Shown here: in pieces, positions 55,718 through 64,000 of the stretch
Layout of the letters: each line of letters starts with the position of its first letter
Position numbering within the stretch: position 1 is the stretch's first letter
NCBI GenBank assembly: GCA_016872195.1
Contig: VHAT01000010.1
Coordinates: forward strand, 90-64,089
Direction: 5' to 3'
From: Sphingomonadales bacterium
GTDB taxonomy: Bacteria > Bacteroidota > Bacteroidia > Chitinophagales > Chitinophagaceae
DNA: 64,000 bases
Program-made: the position numbers and the translations under genes
The notes under the pieces: model-generated
Database searches by the model: none
Told to the model about the DNA's origin: nothing
The model's input: only the letters and a program-made list of their open reading frames with translations

Positions 55718-58342
55718 TTAAAGGGAGCGTAAGCTCTCTTCTATCAGCCGAATTTTGGTCAGCGCATCGGCCTGTTTCTTTCTTTCGTTCTCAATTACTG
55801 TGGGATTCGCATTCTGTACGAATTTTTCGTTCCCTAGTTTCTTGTCTACACTAGCCAAGAACCCTTTCAAGTAGTCAAGATCTTTTTGCAATTTCTCTTT
55901 TTGCGATCCGGTATCGATAGGGGCCGTCGTTTCTATGTATATTTTTTCCTTTCCTACCACTACGGTCACGCTATTGGCAACCGGGCCGATATGCTTCTCG
56001 GCTCGAACGGATAAGGCATTTACTTGTTTGCATAGAAGCGGAGTAATGGAAGCTATCAATGTGGGGGTTTCCGATTCAATATGCAGGTAGATGGGATCCT
56101 TAGGTTTGATCTGGTTTTTATTGCGCGCATCGCGGACCGCAGAGATCATCTGTTTCAATAATTCACCGGAGGAGGGGAGAGTATTATCATACGGACCGGC
56201 GGCGGGTAAGGGACGAACTGTCAGATCGTCTTGTCTGTTGGTTAGCTGATGAAACACCTCTTCGGTAATAAATGGCATAAAGGGATGAAGCAGTTGCATC
56301 AATTCTTCGAAGAAGAGGATCGTTTTCTCATAGGTAGCTTTTGCGATCGGTTGCCCATAACCCGGTTTGATCCATTCCAGATACCAGCTGCAAAAATCAT
56401 CCCAAATAAGGGAATAAATGGTTTTGAGGGCTTCGCTTAGTTTAAACTCACCATACTGCTCTTCGAGTGTGGCCCTTGCCTCTTGCAATCGGTTTTCAAA
56501 CCAGTCCATGGCAAAAACAGGTACCTCGATATGTTGTTCGATCGTTTGTCTTTGCTCCCAACCTCGTACCAGCTTAAGCGCATTCCAGATCTTGTTATTA
56601 AAGTGCAAGCCTTGTTCATTGGTGCTTTCGTCCCACAATAGGTCGTTACCAGCAGGCGAAGCGATCATAATGCCAAATCGTACCGCATCGGCACCATACT
56701 GATCGATCAGGGCAAGCAGATCGGGCGAGTTGCCTAAGCTTTTGCTCATTTTTCGGCCTTGCTTGTCTCGGACGATGCCGGTAAAGTATACTTGTTTGAA
56801 AGGGATCTGCTGTTGAAATTCACAACCTGCCATGATCATACGAGCCACCCAAAAGAAAATGATCTCAGGGGCCGTTACCAAGGTATTGGTTGGGTAGTAG
56901 TACTGAATTTCCTTATTATGCGGTTGGCTGTATCCTTTGAATACTTCGAATGGCCAGAGCCAAGAAGAGAACCAAGTGTCCAGGCAATCTTCGTCTTGTC
57001 GCAAGGGAGTGATGGGTGCGGTACCGTATGCCTTTTTATAGTTTTCCTCCGCGTCTTTTGCGTTGGCGGCTACCACTACATTTCCCTGCTCATCGTACCA
57101 GGCGGGAATGCGATGCCCCCACCAAAGTTGTCGGGAGATGCACCAATCTTTGATATTCTCCATCCAGTGACGATAGAGATTCTTGAACTTGCCAGGATAA
57201 AATTTGATTTCCTCGTCTGCAACGGCTCGCAAGGCCGGTTCACTGATCTTCTTCATATCGACCCACCATTGCAACGAAAGACGAGGCTCAACGACGACAT
57301 CGGTACGCTCACTGTATCCTACCTCACTGCTATAGGTCTCTGTTTTTTCAAGGAATCCTTTTTCTTCCAGCTCCTTGGCGATTAACTTTCTGACCTCGAA
57401 ACGGTCTTTGCCGACATACAGCCCCGCCTCCTGGCTAAGCGTCCCATCATCGTTAAAGACATCAATTACCTCCAACCCATGCTTTTGTCCAAGCTGGTAA
57501 TCGTTACTGTCGTGCGCCGGGGTAACCTTCAGTGCACCGGTACCAAAGTCCATGCTTACGTATTCGTCGGCTATAATGCGAATGCGACGGTTGATCAGCG
57601 GTACAAAGGCGTACCGTCCCTGCAAAGATTGATAACGCGGATCATCAGGATGTACACAGATGGCCGTGTCTCCCATAATGGTCTCGGGCCTTACCGTAGC
57701 AACAACGATATACTCATTATCGCCTCCTTCCAAATAGTAGCGAAGGTGGTAAAGCGTCTGTTGTGTTTGCTTGCGGATAACCTCTTCGTCGCTGAGGGCG
57801 GTTTTTGCGCGGGGATCCCAATTGATCATTCGTTTGCCCCGATAGATATATCCTTTTTTGTATAGATCGATAAAGACATTGATCACGGCCTCGTAATAGG
57901 CCGGATCCATGGTAAAATGAGTACGTTCCCAATCGAGACTACATCCCATTTTTTTTAGCTGCTCTAAAATGATGCCTCCGTACTTGTTCTTCCACTCCCA
58001 GGCATAGGATAGGAATTCATCACGGCTAAGGGAAGACTTTGCGATCCCTTTTTCTCTTAGCAACTGCACTACCTTGGCCTCGGTAGCAATCGAAGCATGG
58101 TCGGTACCGGGTACCCAGCAAGCATTTTTTCCTTGCATTCTGGCCCGTCTAACCAATATATCTTGGATAGTGTTGTTCAGGCAATGTCCCATGTGGAGCA
58201 CGCCGGTTACATTAGGAGGCGGAATGACCACGGTATAGGGTTCGCGCTGGTCAGGTTCGGAGTGAAAATATCCCTTTTCGATCCAGTGTTGATACCATTT
58301 CGTTTCCGCCGATCCGTGTTCAAAATTCTTGGTCAATTCCAT
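55718..58342 (-). CDS. valS: Valine--tRNA ligase
   Basis: PPPNVTGVLHMGH, GTDHASIAT, GTGALKVTPAHD, WCISRQLWWGHRIP, KMSKS and C-terminal coiled-coil arm. ATG 58342. Confidence 0.99.
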   Translation of the reverse strand: MELTKNFEHGSAETKWYQHWIEKGYFHSEPDQREPYTVVIPPPNVTGVLHMGHCLNNTIQDILVRRARMQGKNACWVPGTDHASIATEAKVVQLLREKGIAKSSLSRDEFLSYAWEWKNKYGGIILEQLKKMGCSLDWERTHFTMDPAYYEAVINVFIDLYKKGYIYRGKRMINWDPRAKTALSDEEVIRKQTQQTLYHLRYYLEGGDNEYIVVATVRPETIMGDTAICVHPDDPRYQSLQGRYAFVPLINRRIRIIADEYVSMDFGTGALKVTPAHDSNDYQLGQKHGLEVIDVFNDDGTLSQEAGLYVGKDRFEVRKLIAKELEEKGFLEKTETYSSEVGYSERTDVVVEPRLSLQWWVDMKKISEPALRAVADEEIKFYPGKFKNLYRHWMENIKDWCISRQLWWGHRIPAWYDEQGNVVVAANAKDAEENYKKAYGTAPITPLRQDEDCLDTWFSSWLWPFEVFKGYSQPHNKEIQYYYPTNTLVTAPEIIFFWVARMIMAGCEFQQQIPFKQVYFTGIVRDKQGRKMSKSLGNSPDLLALIDQYGADAVRFGIMIASPAGNDLLWDESTNEQGLHFNNKIWNALKLVRGWEQRQTIEQHIEVPVFAMDWFENRLQEARATLEEQYGEFKLSEALKTIYSLIWDDFCSWYLEWIKPGYGQPIAKATYEKTILFFEELMQLLHPFMPFITEEVFHQLTNRQDDLTVRPLPAAGPYDNTLPSSGELLKQMISAVRDARNKNQIKPKDPIYLHIESETPTLIASITPLLCKQVNALSVRAEKHIGPVANSVTVVVGKEKIYIETTAPIDTGSQKEKLQKDLDYLKGFLASVDKKLGNEKFVQNANPTVIENERKKQADALTKIRLIEESLRSL

Positions 58343-58378
58343 GGGGCACAAAAATACCCGGTTTTGCCTTAATGACAA

Positions 58379-58687
58379 TCAAGCTGCATAGGCTTCGATC
58401 GTGGCATTGATGCCTCGATCCAAAATAGCATCACACAGGGGTTTAAGCTGATCGAATTCCCCTTTTTTTACCGCGTATTTTCCTTTAAAGTGTATCAGGT
58501 ATGCGCATTGTTCGGCTTGCTCTTGCGTATGTCCGCAGATCTCGATCAGGGTGGTAATGACCCAGTCGAATGTATTGACATCATCGTTCCAGACGATCAG
58601 TTGACTGGTTGGTGTCAGATCGGTCAGTAAGTCGATATCTTCTTCTTGAAGGGGGTGCGTATTTGTATCTTTCTGATAGGCTATCAT
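58379..58687 (-). CDS. clpS: ATP-dependent Clp protease adaptor ClpS
   Basis: LIVWNDDVNTFDWV, QAEQCAYLIHFKG. Confidence 0.93.
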   Translation of the reverse strand: MIAYQKDTNTHPLQEEDIDLLTDLTPTSQLIVWNDDVNTFDWVITTLIEICGHTQEQAEQCAYLIHFKGKYAVKKGEFDQLKPLCDAILDRGINATIEAYAA

Positions 58688-58748
58688 AGCACAAAATTAG
58701 TTCGATCACCATTTCTTAAAAAGCTTTGTTCAATTCAACGCCCGGCCT

Positions 58749-58756
58749 TATCTTTG
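58749..58756 (+). promoter_or_regulatory. sigmaA -7 element for tRNA-Val(TAC), back-to-back with the clpS promoter (58692-58699, minus)
   Basis: TATCTTTG, 13 nt before the mature tRNA 5' end. Confidence 0.7.
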
Positions 58757-58769
58757 CCATCCGCAAAAA

Positions 58770-58844
58770 GGGAGCTTAGCTCAGCTGGTTTAGAGCATCT
58801 GCCTTACAAGCAGAGGGTCGGCGGTTCGATCCCGTCAGCTCCCA
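58770..58844 (+). tRNA. tRNA-Val (anticodon TAC), CCA not encoded
   Basis: GGGAGCT/AGCTCCC acceptor stem, D-arm AGCTCAGCTGGTTTAGAGC, TCTGC-CTTACAA-GCAGA, T-loop GGTTCGATCCC, discriminator A. Confidence 0.97.
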
Positions 58845-58853
58845 CTGAAAATC

Positions 58854-58882
58854 AAAGGGTTGCATTAATGCAACCCTTTTTT
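58854..58882. terminator. Bidirectional terminator (perfect 26-bp palindrome)
   Basis: AAAGGGTTGCATTAATGCAACCCTTT plus TTT, between a convergent tRNA and CDS. Confidence 0.85.
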
Positions 58883-58900
58883 AATGCAGTGATATTGCTT

Positions 58901-59368
58901 TTAGCGTGAATACCAGATCAGGTAGTTTCCAAAGGTGTCGACCACGCGCATGATCTCGTTATATAATGTAAAAGCCACGGATTTTTTTTCGGCACCATAG
59001 GTCCATTTCTGAAAGGATGGCGGCCGATTCGTAGTGCTGTCGGTTGTGAGCGTTCTCCAATTGAGTTGTACTAAAATGGTACCATTATCCGTAACCTTAC
59101 TTTCAATAAAATATTCGCAATTCATCTTTTTGATCGAGATCGGGAGTGTATTTAATTGAAGTAGGGTAGGATCGGTGCGATCCAGTCTTAGCCCCTGGCT
59201 TTCTATATGACGGCTCCAACTTCCAAAAGCGGCTGCGCCAGACAGTCGGGTTTCGATCAAGATGCTGCTGCAACCCGGATAGGGATCTTGTCTTCCTTGT
59301 GCCCACAGCTTGCTGTCACTGATGCTGAGAAGCCAAAAAATAAGAAGCAAGAGAAAAGATTTTTGCAC
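58901..59368 (-). CDS. Exported hypothetical protein
   Basis: 155-aa ORF fills the inter-tRNA gap; signal peptide ...KLWA|Q; no recognisable motif. Confidence 0.65.
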   Translation of the reverse strand: MQKSFLLLLIFWLLSISDSKLWAQGRQDPYPGCSSILIETRLSGAAAFGSWSRHIESQGLRLDRTDPTLLQLNTLPISIKKMNCEYFIESKVTDNGTILVQLNWRTLTTDSTTNRPPSFQKWTYGAEKKSVAFTLYNEIMRVVDTFGNYLIWYSR

Positions 59369-59398
59369 GGGTAAGAAATTTAATGTGTAAAAGGGGAG

Positions 59399-59476
59399 TG
59401 GTGGAACGTACTGGACTCGAACCAGTGACCCCTACTCTGTCAAAGTAGTGCTCTAAACCAACTGAGCTAACGTTCC
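59399..59476 (-). tRNA. tRNA-Val (anticodon GAC), CCA encoded
   Basis: Reverse complement GGAACGTTAGCTCAGTTGGTTTAGAGCACTACTTTGACAGAGTAGGGGTCACTGGTTCGAGTCCAGTACGTTCCACCA folds as a cloverleaf. Confidence 0.97.
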
Positions 59477-59500
59477 GGGAGGGCGAAAGTAGGTAAAATT

Positions 59501-60754
59501 CTAAATTGTCCAGTTTACGATCTTGTTCACCCATTCGGCCCGGTAAGGGGTTTGCACCCGAATATAATTATCGGTATAGCCCTCCATCAGCCCTTCGTTA
59601 TCGGCCTTTTCAAATAGCACCGGTCGGATCGTTTCGTGAAAAGGAGCCGTAAATTGTTTGGTTTTTACAAAAGAGAGGGTGCGCAGCTCCTTGTTCCGTT
59701 GTTGACGGACCGGTAGGGGTACGGCACCAGGCAAGCCAAGGGCTTTTGTGTTTTCGCGCTCGGAGTAGGTGAACACATGCAAGTAGGTAACGGGCAATGC
59801 CTGGAGAAATGAGTACGTTTCGGCAAAATCTTCGTTAGTCTCCCCGGGAAAGCCCACGATCACATCGGCTCCTATCGCTGCGTGTGGCATTAGCGCTTTG
59901 ATCCACTCGACGCGCTGGGAGTAGAGTTCACGCTTATATCTTCTTTGCATAAGTCCCAGTATCCGATTGCTCCCGCTTTGCAGGGGAATATGAAAGTGAG
60001 GCATAAATCGCTTGCTCTTGGCAACAAACGAAATGATCTCTTTTGTTAATAAGTTCGGTTCGATCGATGAGATCCGGAAACGCTCGATCCCTTCGATCTC
60101 GTCGAGCTGTTGAATCAATTGGTAAAAATTTTCTCCTGCCAAACCAAAATCTCCCAGGTTGACACCGGTTAGAACGATCTCTTTTGTCTGGGCTGCCGAC
60201 AGCTCTTTTACGTTTGCCACTACATTGGCAATACTATCGCTTCGGCTTTTTCCTCTGGCCAGGGGAATGGTACAAAAGGAACAATTGTAATCACAACCGT
60301 CTTGCACTTTTAAAAAACTGCGGGTTCGGTCTTGCGAAGACCAAGATGCCGTAAAACTATTTACGTCGTCGATGTCACAACTGCAAATTTTTACTCCTTG
60401 TTGTTGGGGTAAGTTTTTCAGGTGTAGGGGCAGGTTGAATTTATCTGCAGCCCCCAACACCAGATCTACCCCTGGGATAGAGGCGATCTCGGCTGGTTTG
60501 AGTTGGGCATAGCAACCGGTAATGACCACATAGCTTTCCGGAGCGCGTCGTTGTATCCTTCTGACCAGTTGACGACACTCTTTGTCGGCATTGTCAGTTA
60601 CGGAGCAAGTGTTGATGACATATACATCCGCTTCCTGATCGAACTCTTTTTTCTCAAAGCCCTCCTTTTCGAGCATGCGGCCCAACGAGGAGGTTTCCGA
60701 ATAGTTCAGTTTACAGCCAAGGGTATGAAAAGCCACCGAGCGGATCGCAGACAT
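59501..60754 (-). CDS. mtaB: tRNA t6A37 methylthiotransferase
   Basis: FHTLGCKLNYSE, NTCSVT, TGCYAQ, radical-SAM CDYNCSFC, ISSIEPN, HFHIPLQSG, HVFTYSER. Confidence 0.93.
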   Translation of the reverse strand: MSAIRSVAFHTLGCKLNYSETSSLGRMLEKEGFEKKEFDQEADVYVINTCSVTDNADKECRQLVRRIQRRAPESYVVITGCYAQLKPAEIASIPGVDLVLGAADKFNLPLHLKNLPQQQGVKICSCDIDDVNSFTASWSSQDRTRSFLKVQDGCDYNCSFCTIPLARGKSRSDSIANVVANVKELSAAQTKEIVLTGVNLGDFGLAGENFYQLIQQLDEIEGIERFRISSIEPNLLTKEIISFVAKSKRFMPHFHIPLQSGSNRILGLMQRRYKRELYSQRVEWIKALMPHAAIGADVIVGFPGETNEDFAETYSFLQALPVTYLHVFTYSERENTKALGLPGAVPLPVRQQRNKELRTLSFVKTKQFTAPFHETIRPVLFEKADNEGLMEGYTDNYIRVQTPYRAEWVNKIVNWTI

Positions 60755-60822
60755 GGTGCAAAAGTAAAGTATATCGATTAGATCTTCGTTAAACTGTACC
60801 TTTACAGTGTTCGCACTCTCCT

Positions 60823-61587
60823 ATGAAAAGATCGCTGTTGTTTGTTTACAATTTGTATGCCTTGTTGGTGTTTGTCGTGCTCATGCTCCTTTTACTCCCT
60901 CTTTTTTTACTTTCATCTTGGGGCGGACCCATTGCCGGAGGTAATCGGGCCATTCGGCTCTGCACGTTTTGGGCCGACGCCTGGATGCTATTGATCGGAA
61001 TGCGTCACCGCACCACGCTCGAGGTTCCTCATGATCCCAGCCGTCCTTATATTTTTGTGGCCAATCACATATCGTATATCGATGCCGTTATGCTAGTTAA
61101 ATCTATCAGACAGCATTTTAGACCCCTGGCCAGGGCAGAGACTTCGGCTCTTCCCGTATTTGGTTTTATTTATCGGCATGCGACGGTAACGGTAGACCGT
61201 AGCGATCCGGCTAATCGGGTGGCCAGTGTAAATCGGCTAAAGGCATTGCTGCGAAAGAAGATCTCAGTCTTTGTTTTTCCGGAGGGCACGTTCAATATGG
61301 GCGATCAGCCCTTGAAGTCTTTTTATGACGGGGCCTTTCGAGTCGCCTTGGAGACCGGCACCCCGATCAAGCCGATCTTGTTTTTGGACGGGTTTGATCG
61401 TATGCACTATAGTCGGCTGGCCTCCCTGACGCCCGGCATCAGTCGAGCGGTCTTTTTGGACGAAATATCAGTAGAGGGATACCGCGTAGAGGACGTAGCC
61501 CGCCTTCGGGAAGAAGTGTATGGGGTGATGCAACAAAAATTGCTCGACTATAAAGCTCCATGGGTAAAGTCATCTTCTAAGAACTGA
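60823..61587 (+). CDS. 1-acyl-sn-glycerol-3-phosphate acyltransferase family protein
   Basis: NHISYID, VDRS, VFPEGT, FYDGAF, IKPI. Confidence 0.9.
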   Translation: MKRSLLFVYNLYALLVFVVLMLLLLPLFLLSSWGGPIAGGNRAIRLCTFWADAWMLLIGMRHRTTLEVPHDPSRPYIFVANHISYIDAVMLVKSIRQHFRPLARAETSALPVFGFIYRHATVTVDRSDPANRVASVNRLKALLRKKISVFVFPEGTFNMGDQPLKSFYDGAFRVALETGTPIKPILFLDGFDRMHYSRLASLTPGISRAVFLDEISVEGYRVEDVARLREEVYGVMQQKLLDYKAPWVKSSSKN

Positions 61588-61607
61588 ATTCTTGTTACAT
61601 TAGTGCG

Positions 61608-63887
61608 TTGATGGCTAGCGTGGATAATCATAGCAGTTTGTATGCGGTGGTAATTTTGCCAACGGCCCTTCCCCAAAATTATACCTGGTCGGTTCCCTTC
61701 TCTTTACAAGATCGCATACGGCCCGGCCACCGGGTAGAGGTTAACCTTGGAAAGAGCAAGAAATACTGGGGTATTGTGCGGTCCTTGTCTACCGAGGTTC
61801 CTACCGGTTTTCGGGTCAAGGAGATCCTTCGGCTGTTGGATGATGCGCCCTTTGTTACGATTGAAATGTTGCGTTTATGGGAATGGTTGGCGGCCTATTA
61901 TCTCTGCTCCGAAGGAGAAATTTTGGCTGCCGCTATACCCGCCCCGTTTCGTACGGTTCAAACAGATGCACTTACAGCCGTTCAGCCCAAATTTGAACGA
62001 TTCGTTTTGCTTCACGACAAGTACAAGTCTTCGCCACTGCTCAACGAGTTGTTGGATAATTGGAAGGGGGCGCCTCGCCAGTTGGCCTTGCTGATGGCCT
62101 ATCTTGAATATCACCAATCAACTGGTGAGGTGGCGGTATCCATTTTACTTAAACGTACAGGGGCTACAGCGGCCCTACTAAAGGCCTTGCTTGAAAAAGG
62201 GATCTTAGTTATTTGCAAAAAACAAGTAGACCGACTGTATTACACGCCCAGTATACATGCTATCGATTTTGAATTGAATGTTTCACAGCAAAGAGCTTTT
62301 GAGCAGATCAAATCCTCTTGGCAGCAGCAACTGGTCTGTTTATTGCATGGTGTTACCGCCAGTGGAAAAACGCATGTTTACATTCAGCTGATCAGTGAGG
62401 CCTTACTGCGCGGCGAACAGGTTTTATACATGCTGCCCGAGATTGCGTTAACCGCTCAGATAGTCCGCAGACTGCAACATTGCTTCGGTGGACAAGTAGG
62501 GGTATATCATTCAAAATTTTCGCAGCAAGAAAGAGCCGAGCTCTGGCAAAAAGTGGCTTCGGGCCAGCTAAAGGTGTTGTTAGGGGCTCGTTCGGCGGTT
62601 TTTCTTCCATTTCAACAGCTTGGCTTGATCATTTGTGACGAAGAGCACGATCCTTCTTTTAAACAACAAGAACCATCGCCTCGCTACCATGGAAGAGATG
62701 CTGCTATTTATTTAGCCAGTTTGGTCAAGGCCAATGTGCTATTAGGGAGTGCGACACCCTCGCTTGAAACTTATCACCAGGCCTTAACGGGAAAATTCGG
62801 TCATGTTACCTTATTGGAGCGTTTTGCCCCCGTGACGCTGCCTCCTCTTCGTGTGATCGATACGCGGGCTGTTCCTGTCAAAAAAAGGGTAGGAGGGTTT
62901 CTAACACCCGCCCTGGTCCAAGCGATGGAGCGGGTGTTAGAGGCCGGCCGACAGATCATCTTGTTTCAAAACCGACGTGGATATGTGCCCTATCAACTTT
63001 GTCAGCAATGCGGTTGGATCCCTACTTGTAAACATTGCGATGTTTCATTAACGATGCATAAACAGAAAGGTCAGCTACTTTGTCATTACTGTGGATCGAG
63101 TTATCCAATAGCTACCCGATGTGCTAGTTGCGGACATGATGCATTTTTACAGCGAAATTTTGGCACCGAACTGATCGAGGAAGAATTACAAAAATTATTT
63201 CCTTCGGCCAGGATAGCCCGGATGGATGTAGATGCTATTCGCGGTAAGCAGGCGCACGAGCATTTGGTGCGGAAGTTCGAGCAAGGACAGATCGATATAT
63301 TGGTCGGCACACAAATGGTCGTTAAAGGACTCGATGTAGATCGGGTTGATCTGGTCGGGATTCTGGATGCGGATGGATTATTGCATTTTACCGATTTCAG
63401 GGTGCACGAGAGGGCGTTTCAGTTGATGGAACAAGTAAGCGGAAGGGCAGGGCGTAAAAAGCAAACGGGGGAGGTGATCGTACAAACCTCTCAACCGACG
63501 CATCCGGTATTGCAATTTGTTATCGCACACGACTATCGTACATTTTTTAAAGAAGAGATCGCTAAGCGCGAGGAGTTCTTTTATCCCCCTTTCAGCCGCT
63601 TGATCCTGATCAGCTTTCGACATGCATCAGCGTCGCTGAGCAACAAGGCCGCACAGGTCTTCGCCCAATCGTTAGTCCCCCAGTATGGATCCAATTTGAC
63701 GGGTCCTGCTCCTGCAGTAGTGTCCAGAGTACGCAATCAGTATCGCACCGAGCTGCTATTGAAATTACCTCGTACCACTTCGGTCCTGCAAGAGTGCAAG
63801 CAGGCCATACGAGATCAGATCGCTGACTTGCATCGACAACGTACGTTTAGCTCGGTACAAGTAGTGGTCGATGTTGATATCATATAA
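61608..63887 (+). CDS. priA: Primosomal protein N' (replication restart helicase)
   Basis: HGVTASGKT, PEIALT, CDEEHD, GSATPS, NRRGY, four CxxC motifs, QVSGRAGR, VDVD. Confidence 0.97.
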   Translation: MMASVDNHSSLYAVVILPTALPQNYTWSVPFSLQDRIRPGHRVEVNLGKSKKYWGIVRSLSTEVPTGFRVKEILRLLDDAPFVTIEMLRLWEWLAAYYLCSEGEILAAAIPAPFRTVQTDALTAVQPKFERFVLLHDKYKSSPLLNELLDNWKGAPRQLALLMAYLEYHQSTGEVAVSILLKRTGATAALLKALLEKGILVICKKQVDRLYYTPSIHAIDFELNVSQQRAFEQIKSSWQQQLVCLLHGVTASGKTHVYIQLISEALLRGEQVLYMLPEIALTAQIVRRLQHCFGGQVGVYHSKFSQQERAELWQKVASGQLKVLLGARSAVFLPFQQLGLIICDEEHDPSFKQQEPSPRYHGRDAAIYLASLVKANVLLGSATPSLETYHQALTGKFGHVTLLERFAPVTLPPLRVIDTRAVPVKKRVGGFLTPALVQAMERVLEAGRQIILFQNRRGYVPYQLCQQCGWIPTCKHCDVSLTMHKQKGQLLCHYCGSSYPIATRCASCGHDAFLQRNFGTELIEEELQKLFPSARIARMDVDAIRGKQAHEHLVRKFEQGQIDILVGTQMVVKGLDVDRVDLVGILDADGLLHFTDFRVHERAFQLMEQVSGRAGRKKQTGEVIVQTSQPTHPVLQFVIAHDYRTFFKEEIAKREEFFYPPFSRLILISFRHASASLSNKAAQVFAQSLVPQYGSNLTGPAPAVVSRVRNQYRTELLLKLPRTTSVLQECKQAIRDQIADLHRQRTFSSVQVVVDVDII

Positions 63888-63889
63888 AG

Positions 63890-64000
63890 ATGGATTCAAT
63901 TACACATATTGCCCTTGGTGCCTGCGTGGGAGGTCTGTTGGCAGGACGCACGGCAGGAAGAAAGGCCTTGTTTTGGGGAGCTGCCGCTCAATCATTGCCC
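63890..64000 (+). CDS. Start of a YdjM-like inner-membrane metal-dependent hydrolase (runs off the window)
   Basis: MDSITHIALGACVGG...ALFWGAAAQSLP, the typical N-terminus of this family; not in the ORF track because it is truncated. Confidence 0.75.
   Translation, partial: MDSITHIALGACVGGLLAGRTAGRKALFWGAAAQSLP

Noticed and set aside
56759-57385. 208-aa plus-strand ORF
   Set aside because: It lies entirely antisense within valS and has no protein-family signal.
62345-62375. PriA Walker A reads GVTASGKT instead of GVTGSGKT
   Set aside because: GKT is intact and this position is variable in Bacteroidota PriA, so it is not evidence of inactivation.
1-64000. CRISPR arrays, IS elements, integrases, prophage, reverse transcriptase or defence genes
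   Set aside because: I saw no regularly spaced repeats, transposase, recombinase or RT motifs, and no large compositional island. Nearly all of the window is accounted for by intact core genes.

Overview
This is a core-chromosome window of a Bacteroidota bacterium, most likely Chitinophagaceae. The assignment rests on repeated TAnnTTTG -7 promoters, A-rich start regions without Shine-Dalgarno sites, signal peptides cleaved before Gln, and protein style. Positions 2.2-16.9 kb hold fusA and a complete S10-spc ribosomal cluster (rpsJ to secY, then map). This cluster is cut at both ends: rpsL-rpsG is absent upstream and infA/rpmJ/alpha operon is absent downstream. The rest is housekeeping: rpsA, three PlsC-type acyltransferases, two photolyase-family genes, proline dehydrogenase, thyA-folA, a three-gene transhydrogenase, RsmF, fmt, NamZ, SlyD-like PPIase, PepT, SPFH-ExbB-ExbD, prmC, Mrp, pyrF, GcdH, aroK, ftsK-lolA, kdsA, valS, clpS, two tRNA-Val genes, mtaB and priA. 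I found no CRISPR array, transposase, integrase, prophage gene or rRNA. The most interesting signals are: (1) an unexplained ~135-nt element of interlocking inverted repeats between fusA and rpsJ; (2) a perfect canonical EF-hand loop at the N-terminus of ExbB; (3) a zinc-peptidase + beta-propeller + Omp85-like barrel fusion protein; (4) a tandem of a domain-swapped photolyase and an FeS-free (6-4) photolyase; (5) valS clustered with both tRNA-Val isoacceptors; (6) many genes that look leaderless. All calls come from reading motifs by eye; no database search or folding program was run.
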